From Neoconidiobolus thromboides FSU 785 (lineage: Eukaryota; Fungi; Entomophthoromycota): a DNA stretch of 36,150 nucleotides. The notes beneath the pieces are model-generated. The model made no database searches, was not told the DNA's origin, and saw only the letters and a program-made list of their open reading frames with translations. Shown here piece by piece: positions 11,140 through 24,093 of this stretch (positions are counted from its first letter, which is position 1; each line of letters opens with the position of its first letter). Location: contig MU626454.1 in the NCBI GenBank assembly GCA_025603075.1, positions 1 to 36,150 on the forward strand, written 5' to 3'. The position numbers were made by a program, and so were the translations under genes.

Positions 11140-11522
11140 ATGGTAATTACAGACGTTTTTTGAATAAAATAGATAGTTAACTTTTATCTAATAGAACGGA
11201 AAAGAAAGTAAATTAGAAAGATTTGAATCTTTAAATCAAGAGTTTAGTCAATTTGTTTTACCAGTTGATGGGTATACAAATAATTCTAAGGCAGTTGACC
11301 AAGGAATTGAAGCTGCTAAGAATGCTGGGGAACAGGTTGAAAAAATCGTGTAAGTATTAAGTGTTGTAATTTAACTTTCTAATTTTGCCTTTTCTTAGCG
11401 AGATTGTTAAAGCTGGTCAACCATTTAGATGGAGAGACCATCGGCTTGATTTAGATGAGTTTTCCGTATGTGGCAATTTGAAAAATGTTAAGATAAGCGA
11501 TATTTTAAAAGATATAAAATGA
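11140..11522 (+). CDS. Hypothetical small spliced gene (~93 aa), unknown function
   Basis: ATG|intron 11143-11194|exon 11195-11349|intron 11350-11398|exon to TGA 11522, in frame: MNGKESKLERFESLNQEFSQFVLPVDGYTNNSKAVDQGIEAAKNAGEQVEKIVEIVKAGQPFRWRDHRLDLDEFSVCG... The patch is GC-richer and coding-like. Both ends are uncertain. Confidence 0.5.
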
Positions 11523-13405
11523 ACTATAGTTTTAGTTGTTTTTAAAACTAGTTTTCTTTCAATATCTGAGCAATACAATTAAATCAAAAAGTACTTTATT
11601 AATATTTTAAAATAAAACAAATGGCTAATGTACTGGCAATAGTTAAGGTAAATCTTTAAAATTGATATTTAGGTTGTATAGCTTCTATTTAAATCTTGAG
11701 GGATAAAAATCGCAAGAATTGTATCTATTTAATGGAATTTATATAGTTTGTTTTATTTTAAATTATAGCCTTTAAGTATATTTTAATAAGGTTGAATAAT
11801 AAATTAGATATCATTTTTATTTTAACAGATTATATTAAAAATAATTCATTTAGGATTTTATATAATAAATTATTTAGATAAACTATTAAAACTATAAGCT
11901 TGGGTACTTCATTTGTCATTATTGATTATATTATTTTTAAATAACAAAGTAAAATTATAGCTAACTTGTAAAGTTAAAAAGAGGGCCTATTAGAGTTTAG
12001 CTAACAACTAAAAATACTAGAATAGTATAGATAATATGACCAACCTCATTGTGAAATCAATAATAAAAGACAAAACAAAGTAATAAGGCATATAAAGCAT
12101 TTTAAAAGTTTAGTATAATATTCTCTTATTTTAGAAATTTAATTAAAGCAGAAATGATTCCATGTTTTATACAATTATAGTAAATTTTTTATTGTAGAAT
12201 TATATCATAGTTTAATGTTTAATTATTCTAAAAAAAACTTCAATATCCCAAGTATTCAAAAAAATATTTACTCTTTTGAATATTACAATGAAGACTATAT
12301 TATTTAGTATAAAAGTTTATAAAAAAATACGATTTTTTGTATTTGAAATATACAATAACTTTAAAAACGCTGGTATTTATTTGAGCAGTAATAAATTTAA
12401 TTTAATGTTTTTTTGTTTTAATAATTTGTGCACTTTTTAAGGAGTCTAAAATTTAAAATCAATGAACAATAAGAAAAACATACCATTAAAGTTTTTACTT
12501 TTTTAATGAGGAATTTATTTTTCCAATCTTACAGTTTTATATAATTTTAGTAAATTTGTACTAAAGTATTGTATATTACTGCTACCACTCTGCTTTAAAC
12601 CAGTTATATCCTAAATAATTTAAGAGTTAGCTGTCTGGGCTCACAGACAGCAGACTACTTATGCCTTTATCTAATTTAAAAAACAATTTCGGGGTTACTT
12701 TCATAACTATATCAACGCCAAAATTAAAGCTAAAATTAAGGTATTGGTGGTTATTTTTGACAGTAGAGTTCTGCCGTTAAATCGATTATTTTTATAAAAC
12801 CTGTTTTACGGTTTTAGCATCACATTTTAATAAAGAAAGGTTAATGTTTCTCAATATATTGTTTATTGATGTAAAGTTATTCTGAGTTAAATTTATTTAA
12901 TAGTAATTTTCTATTTGAATAAACGGTAAGTATATGCTAATAATTTTATCATCATTGGAAATAAAATTTTATTTTGAATATTTAAAATAGCATATAAAGT
13001 AGCTGTTATCTTATTTATGAAACAAAGGAATAAAAAATAACTTAATACTGGCTCTAATTATTATTTTGCTTTTGAACCTAAAGTTAGCCAAAAACTACTA
13101 AGTTTAGAATTATTAAATATAAAGATTAGCATTTAGTCGGTTAAAAATTCATTATATCGTATAATACTAATAAAAATATTATGAGACAAAACGGATAAAC
13201 AGTAGACATTAAATTATAATTCAATTCTCATACCATGAAATCATTGTTAGCCACAACTACTAAAAAAATAGTGATTATGAGTGGGGTGGTCATTAGAAGT
13301 CAATTTATCGGATAGAAAAGTAATTAAGTTTAAGCCAAACAATTATAGCTAACTAATAAGAAAGTATAAAAAAGGGTTATTCTTTAAGTTCATGTTTATT
13401 AAAAA

Positions 13406-14971
13406 ATGAGCATTTTATTATATACTTTACTATTTGTGCTATCAGCCTTGATTACTGTTTTTTATCAAGCATTTCGTGTTCCATCTGAATATAAGAAATT
13501 AAAAACAGTGCCTTTCCTTCGATTCCTTCATCAAATTATTACAAGAGTGGAATTACCTCAAAGATATGAAAAGCTATACCGTCCGATCCTCGATAAAAAT
13601 GGCTATGGGCTCATATGGCAATCAATGGGATGGAATTTGATTGTTACATCCCATAAACAGATTAAAGAAATAATGCTTAACACAGAGGATTTTCACAAGA
13701 AAGATGACACTCAAACGGACTATGGACAGTTATTATTTAAAATTTTTGGCAGATCAAATATTGTATTTTCTGATAAGGATGAGTGGAGACATCATCGTAG
13801 AGTAGTAAATCCAGCTTTTAAGAAAACATGGAGTATAGACATTTTTGCTGAAAGTGGCAAAGAGTTAATTGATAAAATTGAAGCAAGCAATAAAAAGCAA
13901 GTTAGTATACATAGTATGCTTCAACGATTGACTCTAGATGTTTTAGGCAGAGGTTTATTCAGTTATGATTTTTACGCTTTGAAGAACGGTGATAAAGATA
14001 AAGGGTTAAAACTATATAATCAAACTATGAATGGAATGAATGATTTTATATACTTTGTCTTTCCTATCTTGGAAATGTTAGTCCCAGCTCGTAGAAAAGT
14101 CCACAAGGTTGCTGACGAATACAAATCATTTCTCTTAAGCATCATTGAAACAAAAAAGAAAGAGGTTGAATCTGGAGACATTAAAGATGATATTGTATCT
14201 TTAATGATTAAAAGCTCTTTAGACTCTGGCGAGAATGCCTTAACTAACCAAGAAATTTTACATAATTTGTCTCTCTTTTTTGTAGCTGGACATGATACTA
14301 CTGCAAATACCTTAACTTCAACCATTTACTTTCTAAGTAAATATCAGGTAATTTTTTCTATAAATAAAGTGGTATAAACTAATTGATTTTATATAGGATA
14401 TTCAACAAAAAGTACGTGAGGAGATATTGAGTGTAGTTGGACATAGTGATGAAATGAAAACACCAACTCATGAACAGCAAAAGGAGTTAAAATACCTTAT
14501 GTGCGTAATTAAGGAAAGTATGAGATTTACACCAGCAGTAACTCAATTGCGTCGTTTTCCTGCAAGAGATCTTTGTTTGAGTGATGGTACAATGGTTAAA
14601 AAAGGAATGCCAGTTCTTTTACCGGTTTACTTACACCATCGTAACCCAGAAATATTTTCCAACCCAGAAGAGTTTAATCCAGATCGATTTGAAGATCCCT
14701 ATAACAAAGAATCTAATGCTTGGATGCCTTTTGGAATGGGAACAAGAACATGTAGGATTTTATTTATAATGAAATGATTTTACTTATATTTTAATTAGGC
14801 GTTGGTATTAACTTTTCTTTAATTGAGCAAAGAGTTATCCTTTCTATGCTTTTGCAAAAATATGACCTTAAACTTGGTCCTGAATGTTCTAAGTGGAGTC
14901 ATGATAAATACAATGCAAATGGACTACTTCATATTGATAATCCAGATATTCACTTTATTCCACGCATCTAG
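13406..14971 (+). CDS. Cytochrome P450 (microsomal, 3 exons)
   Basis: N-terminal TM anchor, I-helix AGHDTTA, KESMR (ExxR), NPDRF, and heme motif FGMGTRTC|VG assembled across an intron. First intron 14348-14396; second begins about 14749. Confidence 0.95.
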
Positions 14972-15555
14972 CCTCAGAACAAGCTAAACCAGTTTTAATA
15001 ATTTGGACACCCATGTATGTGTAAATCTTTAAATTACATTGTCAAATAGGAACTATAATAAATAAACAAAATTTGATTTTCAATGGTATCTCATGTTTTT
15101 TGTGTTTTTAGAAAGCCCAAAACTTAAAAATTCTTGACTGACAGCGATTACTAAATTATGTTACAGCTGTTTAAGTTAATATATGTGCTGATTAACCATA
15201 TATCTACGAATGAAAATTTCAGTATTAAACTTCAAATTAATGTAATGACACAAGTTATTGATAATAGATCACCACCACGCACTACTTATTCAAATCAAGT
15301 AGATGTAAATAGATAAGTATGGGGTTTTCCTTTGGGAAGTTTAAGCATTGAACTACTGACAGCGCTATAAAGCTACAAGTTTGAAAGGTTAAGGTATAAA
15401 CCAAAGCTCCTACCCTTGTGAATCTTAATTGTTATGCAATGAAATGATAGTTGATAGATACACCGAAAAACTGATAAGAGGTTCATTTCAGCTTAATCTA
15501 AAGTTTGTCCTTTAAATATATAGACAAAGGTTTGTATTACATTTATTATAAATAC

Positions 15556-15692
15556 GAGGGTGTCTTTTTTTTTTGCTTCATTGCTTTTTCCATCTGAGAA
15601 TGTTTTTTTTGACTTCATAACTTTTTCCATCTTTTAAGTACTATTTAAGTGGAAAAATTGTTAGTAAAATTCTTACACAAAAATACATCCTC
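15556..15692 (+). mobile_element. MITE family 1, copy C with duplicated left arm
   Basis: GAGGGTGT at 15556, a second left end GAGAATGT at 15596, right end ACATCCTC at 15692. Flanks ATAC/ATAT. Confidence 0.8.
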
Positions 15693-17200
15693 ATATATTA
15701 TTCTCGATTGAAAACTGAAAGAATGGGAATAGTCAAACTCTTAAAGTAATAATTTAATATATATAGTTATTCCATATTTAACACTATTTTTAATAAAATA
15801 TCGTGAATAATAATTTTTTACATTTATTTATTAATACATTTTATATAACAATCAAATTTGAAGATAGTCAAAAATGATAGATCTATCTAGAAAATAAAGA
15901 TTGGTGTTTTGCTTGTAGTTTTAAATCAGGAATCAGGGTATACATTATCATTGAATGCTTCGATTTCATTATTTTAGCTTGCAGCAGCTAGAAGAAGAAA
16001 GTTTTTAAGTAGTTCTATAATTATTTTATGAACTTTTAAATGTTACATTAAAAACAGCGCCTTACCTACATTTATCAAATTTTTAAGATAAATCTAAGAA
16101 TAAAAAATTTAGCCTTTTTATGCTTCTAGTACTGCTTTATAAAAAGCCTCAATTTAATCTGTAATAGTCATTTTTAAACTATTTTATTAATGTTTAGAAT
16201 ATTTAGCCTTTTTATAATTATAGCTTCCTCTATATTAGCATTAAGTTTTTATCGCTATTTAAAATAAAATCCATAAGAAAAATTTACGTTATAGTTTGAT
16301 TTCAACATTTGATATTTTAATAACTTTATTAATAATGTCGAATTCAACTCCGGTATTTTATATATTTTTTATTATTACATTATATTATTTAATATTTAGG
16401 TTAAGCTAAAGTATAGCTTAGATTAATAAATATGATTGATAACTCTATGAAAAATATTTTGAATAAAAATAAATTTTATTTTTCAATACCTCGATTTAAA
16501 TTATTACTTTTATAAAGCAGATGTGATACTAGGTATAATTGATTATAATAGGTTATCTTTAAAAGGGAGGGAGTTCTTTAAAAAAATTTATAAAGTTACT
16601 TAGCAATTATGATATAAATTAGCCATGGAGTTTGTATTATCATTCTAGAATTAAACGTTTTTAATTTTAGAATGATAATTTATATGAATTACTTATTTTA
16701 ATAATAGAAAAATAAAATGTTCAAACTTTAATTGAGGTTATTATAAAATTTATTTTTGGCATATGAATTTACTGTTTATTTAAACGGAATTGAAGCGACA
16801 TAATGTGTAATTTTTAGTATAACCTATAGATAAATAAGATTAGCCTGAGACTTTTTCATTATTTTAAATTCTTTAATACAATTAAATATCAACATCTAAC
16901 TTCAGCTTTCAATATTATATATATTTGTCTCTTTTACAGCTAGTAAATTTTTAATTGGGAACTTAAAGGATATATTGCATAAAGATTCATTAATAAGATG
17001 AATGTTCACAATAAACTTGAAAAAAATATTATCTAACACTTTGATATTAATCAAAATTAAGATATAAATGAAATGTCAATTAATCTATTCATGTCTTTTC
17101 GCTTTTAAAAAAAATTAATTTGATTAATTTACTTATAAGTACTAAATTGGCTAATTATGTATTAAAAGATGTAATCCGAAAATGAAATGATTTAATATAA

Positions 17201-17472
17201 GGGAGTGTTTTTTTACAATTGTCCATTTTACCACTTTTTTAATTTAGAAATTAATTACCCAATATAGCCGTTTAAATTCGAATATGTACTAACTAGTGGT
17301 GACTTTTATAAACAACTATTTGTACCATCATAATGATTCCAATGTTCGTAGTTACATCTATTTTAAAATGAACAGTTAATTAACATACACTCAAGCTTGA
17401 GTAGCTTATATTAGATAATTAATTTTTAAATTAAAAAAGTAGTAAAATGGACAATTAGTGAAAAACATCCCC
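17201..17472. mobile_element. MITE family 2 (272 bp, ~60-70 bp TIRs, same termini as family 1)
   Basis: Left GGGAGTGTTTTTTTACAATTGTCCATTTTACCACTTTTTTAATTTAGAAATTAATTA pairs with the reverse complement of the right end, GGGGATGTTTTTCACTAATTGTCCATTTTACTACTTTTTTAATTTAAAAATTAATTA. Flanked by ATAA/ATAA. Confidence 0.88.
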
Positions 17473-18092
17473 ATAATTTTAATATAATAAAACTTATATC
17501 CAGTTTAAAATTCAGTTTACGCTGCCTATGATGTTATATATTAATATACAAAATGCTTAATTAGTATGGGATAAAATGTAAGGTATTTGATAATGAATAA
17601 ATTAATCAGTTTGGCTAATTAGCTTACCATTTAGAAGCTTTATCTCGAAGTTACTATGATGTTATTTTTTCAATAAACATATTTTATATTTATCTTGGTC
17701 ATATCACTAATTGAATTAATCTTTTTATTTTTTTCAATAATCCCTCATTATTCATATTATATATTTGAAACTTTTCTGTTTGTATACACAAGTTCGATTT
17801 TTCTAAAATTACCATTTTTAGTTATTTAAAATAAAATAGGGATATTAATAATTTTCATAATAGCTATTAAAGTTACTATCTATAATACTAGGCTTTATCA
17901 AAGAAATTGTCTTCTGACATGATTCTATCAATTTTCATATTCGAATAAATCATGTGTTTATTTTGTATATAGTTAAAAGGGTGCAATATATATGGCAAAA
18001 ATAAGATTGTAAAAAAAGCGAAGCCCAGAGCAGCAGACTGTAAATATATAAATATGTAAGTAAACGCTGAATGAAAAAATTATAAAACTAAA

Positions 18093-19065
18093 ATGCTTTA
18101 CGAAAGTCTCAAATTGAATAACACATTGATAGCAAAGTAACCTCTATTATCATTTTTTATTTTCTTTGATTAAAATTTCCTATAGCTTACCAGGGCCAAA
18201 TGAGAAAAATATAACTTATAGCTATAACCAAAACATTTTGAATAGTTATGATATCTATCTTCCAGAAAGTAAATTTGATGATGCTCCATTACTGATATGG
18301 ATTCATGGAGGTGCTTGGGTCTCAGGCGACAAATCGGATTATTACTATTTTGCAAAACAACTAGCAAATAATGGAATTGCAACTGCATTAGTAAATTATA
18401 GATTAAGTAGTCGGGAAAAAAATGGGCCTTTTAAGTATCCGGGGCATGCTTTAGATTGCTTAAATGCCTTCCTTTATATATTAAGGGATTCAAATCATTT
18501 GAAATATAGCCCAAATAATATATTTATAGGAGGGCATTCAGCTGGTGCACAATTGGCAAGTTTAATAGCATTGAAGCCTGAAGCCTACTTATCAGGAAAC
18601 CAAGAAGAAAAGAACGAAAAGTTAAGCCAAATTTCAAAGATAAAAGGGGTGGTGAGTTTGGGAGGAATCTTTGATTTGGGGCTTTTAAGTGAACAAGATG
18701 AATCTTATAAAAACGATTTTTTGATTCCGGCATTTGGAGAAGACCTAACCAATAACAATAAGGAATTAAGTAGTTGGGAAGAAGCGTCCCCACAGTCCAT
18801 GGCTAAAAATGACATTAAAAATTTGAAATACAAGCAGTTGCCTTCTATTTTATTAATGCATTCTATACAAGATACGTTAGTTAATCAAAGTCAAGCTATT
18901 AACTTCGATGCAAAGTTGAAATCATTGAATTTTACAAATATAGCTGTAAACCAAGGGAAATACGGGAATCATTATGATATTCCAAATCATTTAGATGTAA
19001 TTAATGGTGTGACTTCTTTTATTCTGTATGTATCAAAAATTAAACCAAGCCTATTTAAATTTTAA
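18093..19065 (+). CDS. Alpha/beta hydrolase, HSL family (kynurenine formamidase/BD-FAE-like esterase)
   Basis: HGGAW oxyanion motif, VNYRLS, GHSAG nucleophile, HSIQDTLV (Asp), GNHYD (His). Likely start ATG 18093 with one intron ending at 18184; the track TTG start lies in that intron. Confidence 0.88.
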
Positions 19066-19899
19066 TAAACAAGTTAGTATACTTACTCATTTGAACTCAA
19101 GATTTTAAAAACAAATGAGATAAAATTTTATTTCAAATGACTAAATCTTCATATCGCTCTACTTTCTGAATCTATAGTATCGAATTATATCTATAATACT
19201 ATTAAATGCTATAAAAAACTACTATGAAGTTATAAAATATTTTATATTATGGAAGCTTATCTATATTTCAGACTGAATTATACTTATAGTGACTTTAAAT
19301 GTATTTTTCATAAGTATCTTAATAGTTAGTAACAACTTGCATATTATTTTTTAATAACTAACCCTTTTAATTACTTTAAAGTAACAAACATTTATCTGAA
19401 AGGATCAAAGGTTTTAAAGATATAATATTATACACTTGACTAAAATATTTTACCTTCGTAGTGACACTTCCTTGTCTTTAAAAAAGATTTTAGATCCCTT
19501 TGCTAGAATAACTTTTTTTAAGATGCAACACCTTTAAATATAAAGATTCAAATAACTTTTCAACAATGTTTTAAGATTTTGGTATTTTTTGTAGAATAGT
19601 TGCGCTTTTAAAATGTTAGCCACTTTTAAGAAGTGAATTAATGATAATACTTATACAATGAATGAGAAGGCAAACATGCATTAGCTATAGGGTCTTAATT
19701 ATATAATAGCTTCAGGCTAACTAGGTTATCTCTTTTTCTCCTAGAATTACAACCTGCTCCTCATTTATAAAATTTCCTTAGCCTTTTCTTTTAAACAAAT
19801 CTGTTGTTTATTCTTACAAGTATGGCTAAAAATAAGGTGGATTAATTGTGAAGATATGATAAAGATATTGAAAAAGACGCAAATGTTTTATATAAACAT

Positions 19900-19998
19900 G
19901 GGGATATATTTTTTTGTTTAAGAATTTTACTAATAATTTTTTCATTCAAATACTGCTTAAGAAATGGAAAAAGTAATAAAATCAAAAAAACACCCTTC
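19900..19998 (-). mobile_element. MITE family 1, copy D (reverse orientation)
   Basis: GGGGATAT...CACCCTTC, with the internal sequence the reverse complement of copies A/E/F. Flanks ACAT/ATAT. Confidence 0.82.
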
Positions 19999-20881
19999 AT
20001 ATAATATTTTTGGAAAAGACTAAATTTGCAAGGAAATCAGAACAAATTTCTAGCTCGGGAAAAAGAAAACCAATTAAAATTGAACCAGACTAATATTATC
20101 TAGTTAAGTTTTGAAAAATGTAACAATATCTCTTCAAATGCTAATATACAGAAAAAGCTGGAACCAATCAAATAAAAAGATTATCACAGTAAAGAAAGCA
20201 AATAATGACTTTACTCTCATCATTAAGTAATATTTTATTAAGTTTCTGGACTAAGTAATTGAATCTTTGACTATATTTCTTTGTTTATCTAACTATTTCG
20301 ATTTTGCATGGTTTATTGGGTCATTTTTTAATTACATATTTAGTTTTGATTAGTTAATATTTTAATGCTAAATTTTTTTAGTTTAATAATAAAATTATTA
20401 TTGAATTAAGGATAAACATAATCCCATAGTAATATTTCAAATTACAAACAAAAATATGAAGTAAGACTATAATCGTCCAATGTGAGTTTAGGCTTAAATG
20501 TTTATGACTATAAGGACTATTTGTCTATTATGTTTTATATTATATATATTATTAATACAACAAAATTAAAATCAAAGACTTAAGCTAATTTAATTGGGTG
20601 TTAATGCTGTGTATTGATTTGGGGATAAAAATCAAAAGCTTTAAACCAATTAATGATTGGCCAGCTGCTAGTAAATTCAAACCATTTAGGAAAATTAAAT
20701 TCAACATGTGATAATGATAAGAGCCATAACAAGAAAAAAATGACGAATAAAAGGTAGATTAATTTTCAAATTATCATTTGATTTTATTACTTTCAATATA
20801 AAACTATTTTTCATTATCTTTTTTTAACCTTTCTTTATATTCGTTTAATTGTTCCATACTTTAAGTCTATTGTATATAAAA

Positions 20882-21574
20882 ATGAAAGTAAGAAGTTCAA
20901 CCACAGCCGCTGAAAACCTTAATTTACCGAATGGTGCTGCTTTTTCGGTATTTCCATCAAAACCAAATGATAATAAGCCCGAAATATTGAACAGAAGTTA
21001 TCCCACGTTTTCAAAATCTTGTAAAGACAAGAAGCAGGAAACGGTAAAAAAGGATACTTCCACATTCCCAGCTATATTACCAAAAATGTCTAATTATGAT
21101 GATTCCCCTAATGAAAATTATTATTTAAAAAGTTTAAATCAAGTACACCAACAACAGTTTAATAAAGATTTATATGATGATAATTCGTTTCATGTAAGCC
21201 AATATCCTACTAATCCAATAAATAAGCCAATTGTTGGTACTTCAGAATGGGTGGCTTCACGTCGACAAAGTCATAAAGAAGTAGAGCGTAAAAGAAGAGA
21301 ATGCATTAATCAAAACATTAATGTATTAGGGGAATTAGTACCAGGACCAGAACGCAATAAAGGGGGTATTCTCCATCGAGTAGTTCAGCACATTAAAGAT
21401 TTACAACAGGAAAATGAATTACTTAGGGATGGATTTAGTAATGAAGATAAAATGATATTAGAAAGATTAAAACAGGAGAATAAAAAATTAAAAGAAGAAA
21501 ATGAAATACTCAAAAACCAAATTAAAGAAAGACACCAAAATAATATGGATGTTAAACATGAAAGCAAAAATTAA
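20882..21574 (+). CDS. bHLH-ZIP transcription factor, Cbf1-like
   Basis: SEWVASRRQSHKEVERKRRECINQNINVLGELVPGPERNKGGILHRVVQHIKDLQQEN, followed by a zipper-like coiled coil. Intronless; first ATG 20882. Confidence 0.88.
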   Translation: MKVRSSTTAAENLNLPNGAAFSVFPSKPNDNKPEILNRSYPTFSKSCKDKKQETVKKDTSTFPAILPKMSNYDDSPNENYYLKSLNQVHQQQFNKDLYDDNSFHVSQYPTNPINKPIVGTSEWVASRRQSHKEVERKRRECINQNINVLGELVPGPERNKGGILHRVVQHIKDLQQENELLRDGFSNEDKMILERLKQENKKLKEENEILKNQIKERHQNNMDVKHESKN

Positions 21575-21892
21575 TTTATATAATAATACTTTGAGGCTAT
21601 TTTTATCAAAATCAGGATATTATAGTAACCTTTCTTTTATGGATTAAAATAATAATATTAATTATTGCGTTATTTTCGTATCCCTTCTTTTTCTTATATT
21701 ATCCATTCTATTAAATATTATTTATTAAATATTTATTTATTTTTATTGTATTATTTTTTGAGTTACCTTCTATTAGTTCTATAAAAGTAATTTGAAAAAA
21801 GTCACAAATTGTAGAATTTGCGTTTCAATTCAAAACAGTGCTGAAATGCAAATGAGAAAACTCATTTTATTTTAGTTTGGTATTCTAATTTA

Positions 21893-22913
21893 ATGTCAAA
21901 TAAAGCAAGCTACAAACGATTAACGAAAGAGTATAAAGCTATTGTCAATAATCCCATCCCTTTTATTATTGCAAAACCATTGGAAAGTAATATTCTAGAA
22001 TGGTAAAAAGAGTTAATTATTTAAAAATTAGAATTAATTTTAGATAGGCATTATATTATTACGGGCCCACCAGAGACGCCCTATTCAGGTAATTACTTGT
22101 ATTATAAAATGAATAAATATCCTAAAATAAAATTAGGTGGACAATATCATGGTAAATAAACAAAGATATACGAAAAAATAAAAGTAACGAGATAAATTAA
22201 GGTAAATTAGTATTTCCTAACGATTACCCATTCAAGCCGCCTTCTATAATGATGATCACACCCAACGGTAAAGCACATAATATTAATACCTATATCATTT
22301 AAATTCCTATAAGGTCGATTTGAAACGAATACCAGACTTTGTTTGAGTATCAGTGATTTTCATCGTTAGTATATTTTCAACATTTAAATATAGCTTAATT
22401 GTGAATATTTGTTTAGCTGATACCTGGAATCCAGCGTGGTCTGTTTCTACAATACTAAACGGATTACTTTCATTTATGGTATATTTTTTTCTAGTATTCC
22501 ATTCAATATTTTAAAAAAAGTATAGAATTCAGATGATATTACAACTGGAAGTATCAAAACTAGCAGTGAAGAGAAAGCAAAACTAGCAAAATTAAGTATG
22601 AAGTATAATTTTAAAAACAAAAAGTTTATAGGTAACTTATTTCAAATTACAGTTGCCAATTGTTAATTTTATATCAATAGATACTTTCCCAGAGCTTAAA
22701 GAAAAAATGACCGATGCTATAAACTCTATTGAAAATGAAATAGACACTTTTAGTTCAGATATTAATGTAAAACAACAAAGCAACATACAAGTACAACAAA
22801 ATCAACAACAATCAAATCTTATGCTATCAGCCCAATCTTTATTCAATTCCAACTTGAAACTTGTATTTATACTGTTTGTATTTAGTTGTTTGTTATATGT
22901 ATTATATAAATAA
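21893..22913 (+). CDS. UBC6: ER tail-anchored E2 ubiquitin-conjugating enzyme Ubc6/UBE2J2, many introns
   Basis: MSNKASYKRLTKEY...NILEW|HYIITGPPETPYS|GGQYHG|KLVFPNDYPFKPPSIMMITPNG|RFETNTRLCLSISDFH|PDTWNPAWSVSTILNGLLSFM. C-terminal TM segment. Confidence 0.95.
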
Positions 22914-23460
22914 ATTAAGATTTTGACTATTTTACATTTTAAAATAGAGATTTTTGATAGGTATTATAAACCCTAGATTGAGCTTAGATAAGATAACTGA
23001 TATTTTAGCTAATAAAAATAGATTGTCATAATCGTTTTATTGATTTTTAGTTTACTTGATTCACGATAATACTCTTTCTTTATTTTTTATAATAAAATAT
23101 TGCATAAAAAATCTTTAATTGTTTTAATGTTTATTTATATTTTTTACTTTAATGATTTTTTATAAGACTTGTTTTATTATAAATACTAGGTCAAATATAC
23201 AAATAAAAATTTAGAAAATAAACAACTATTACTTATGACTTTATTTTCGCTTTAGTTAAATGTTTCATATTCATAAATAAAATTCCAAATTAACTAACAA
23301 ACAAGAACGAATATATTTGAAAATTATTCTATTATGCTTAACACTACACAATATCTTATATTAAATATATAATTATAATACTCAATTCACCTGTTGTAAA
23401 TCAAAGCCAAGATTTTGATTCCTATATAGCACAAGTTAATTAATTAAAATATTCTTAAAT

Positions 23461-23558
23461 GGGGATTTTTTTTTTGGTTTCATTACTTTTTCCATTTCTT
23501 AGGCACTATTTGAGCGAAAAGATTGTTAGTAAAATTCTTAAGCAAAAAATATATCCCC
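23461..23558 (+). mobile_element. MITE family 1, copy E
   Basis: GGGGATTT...ATATCCCC flanked by AAAT/AAAT. Confidence 0.88.
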
Positions 23559-23758
23559 AAATGGTAGAACTTAAATTTTAATTTATTATTTAACAACTAT
23601 ATAACATTACTTTTTTTAATAGTTACAAAACCATGACTATTAATATTATTAATTATTTAAAACAACTCGATATAATAGATTCTTTCCAATAAATAACAAA
23701 TCTAATTTATTTAATGATATACCATAGTTCTATACTTCAATAAGAGGTATTTAAATAT

Positions 23759-23854
23759 GGAGATGTTTTTTCTAGCTTCATTTTTTTCATTTTTTAAGTA
23801 CTATTTGAGCGGAAAGATTGTTAGTAAAATTCTTAAATCAAAAAATACATCCCC
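23759..23854 (+). mobile_element. MITE family 1, copy F
   Basis: GGAGATGT...ACATCCCC flanked by ATAT/ATAT. Confidence 0.88.
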
Positions 23855-24093
23855 ATATGTTGAAATTTATGGATCAGGAATTATTATTACAAAGGTAATT
23901 TTAATATTTGTTAAATAACTTGTCCCCCATTTGTAACAGTTGAAATAGCTATAAGAACACAAAAATATATTAATAAAAAAGAACAATAACAAAATTTAAC
24001 TTGTTTTTAAAAGAAAATATTAAACTTAAGTCAATTATATCATTATATCTAAGATTGGGTTTCGTTTTTGATTCATAAATCCGATTAATAAAT

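Noticed and set aside
14020-14769. Antisense and alternative-frame ORFs inside the P450
   Set aside because: Overlap a well-supported CDS and show no motifs.
18093-19065. Horizontal transfer of the esterase from bacteria
   Set aside because: It has a plausible spliceosomal intron and host-like AT content, and HSL-family esterases are common in fungi; no positive evidence without a phylogeny.
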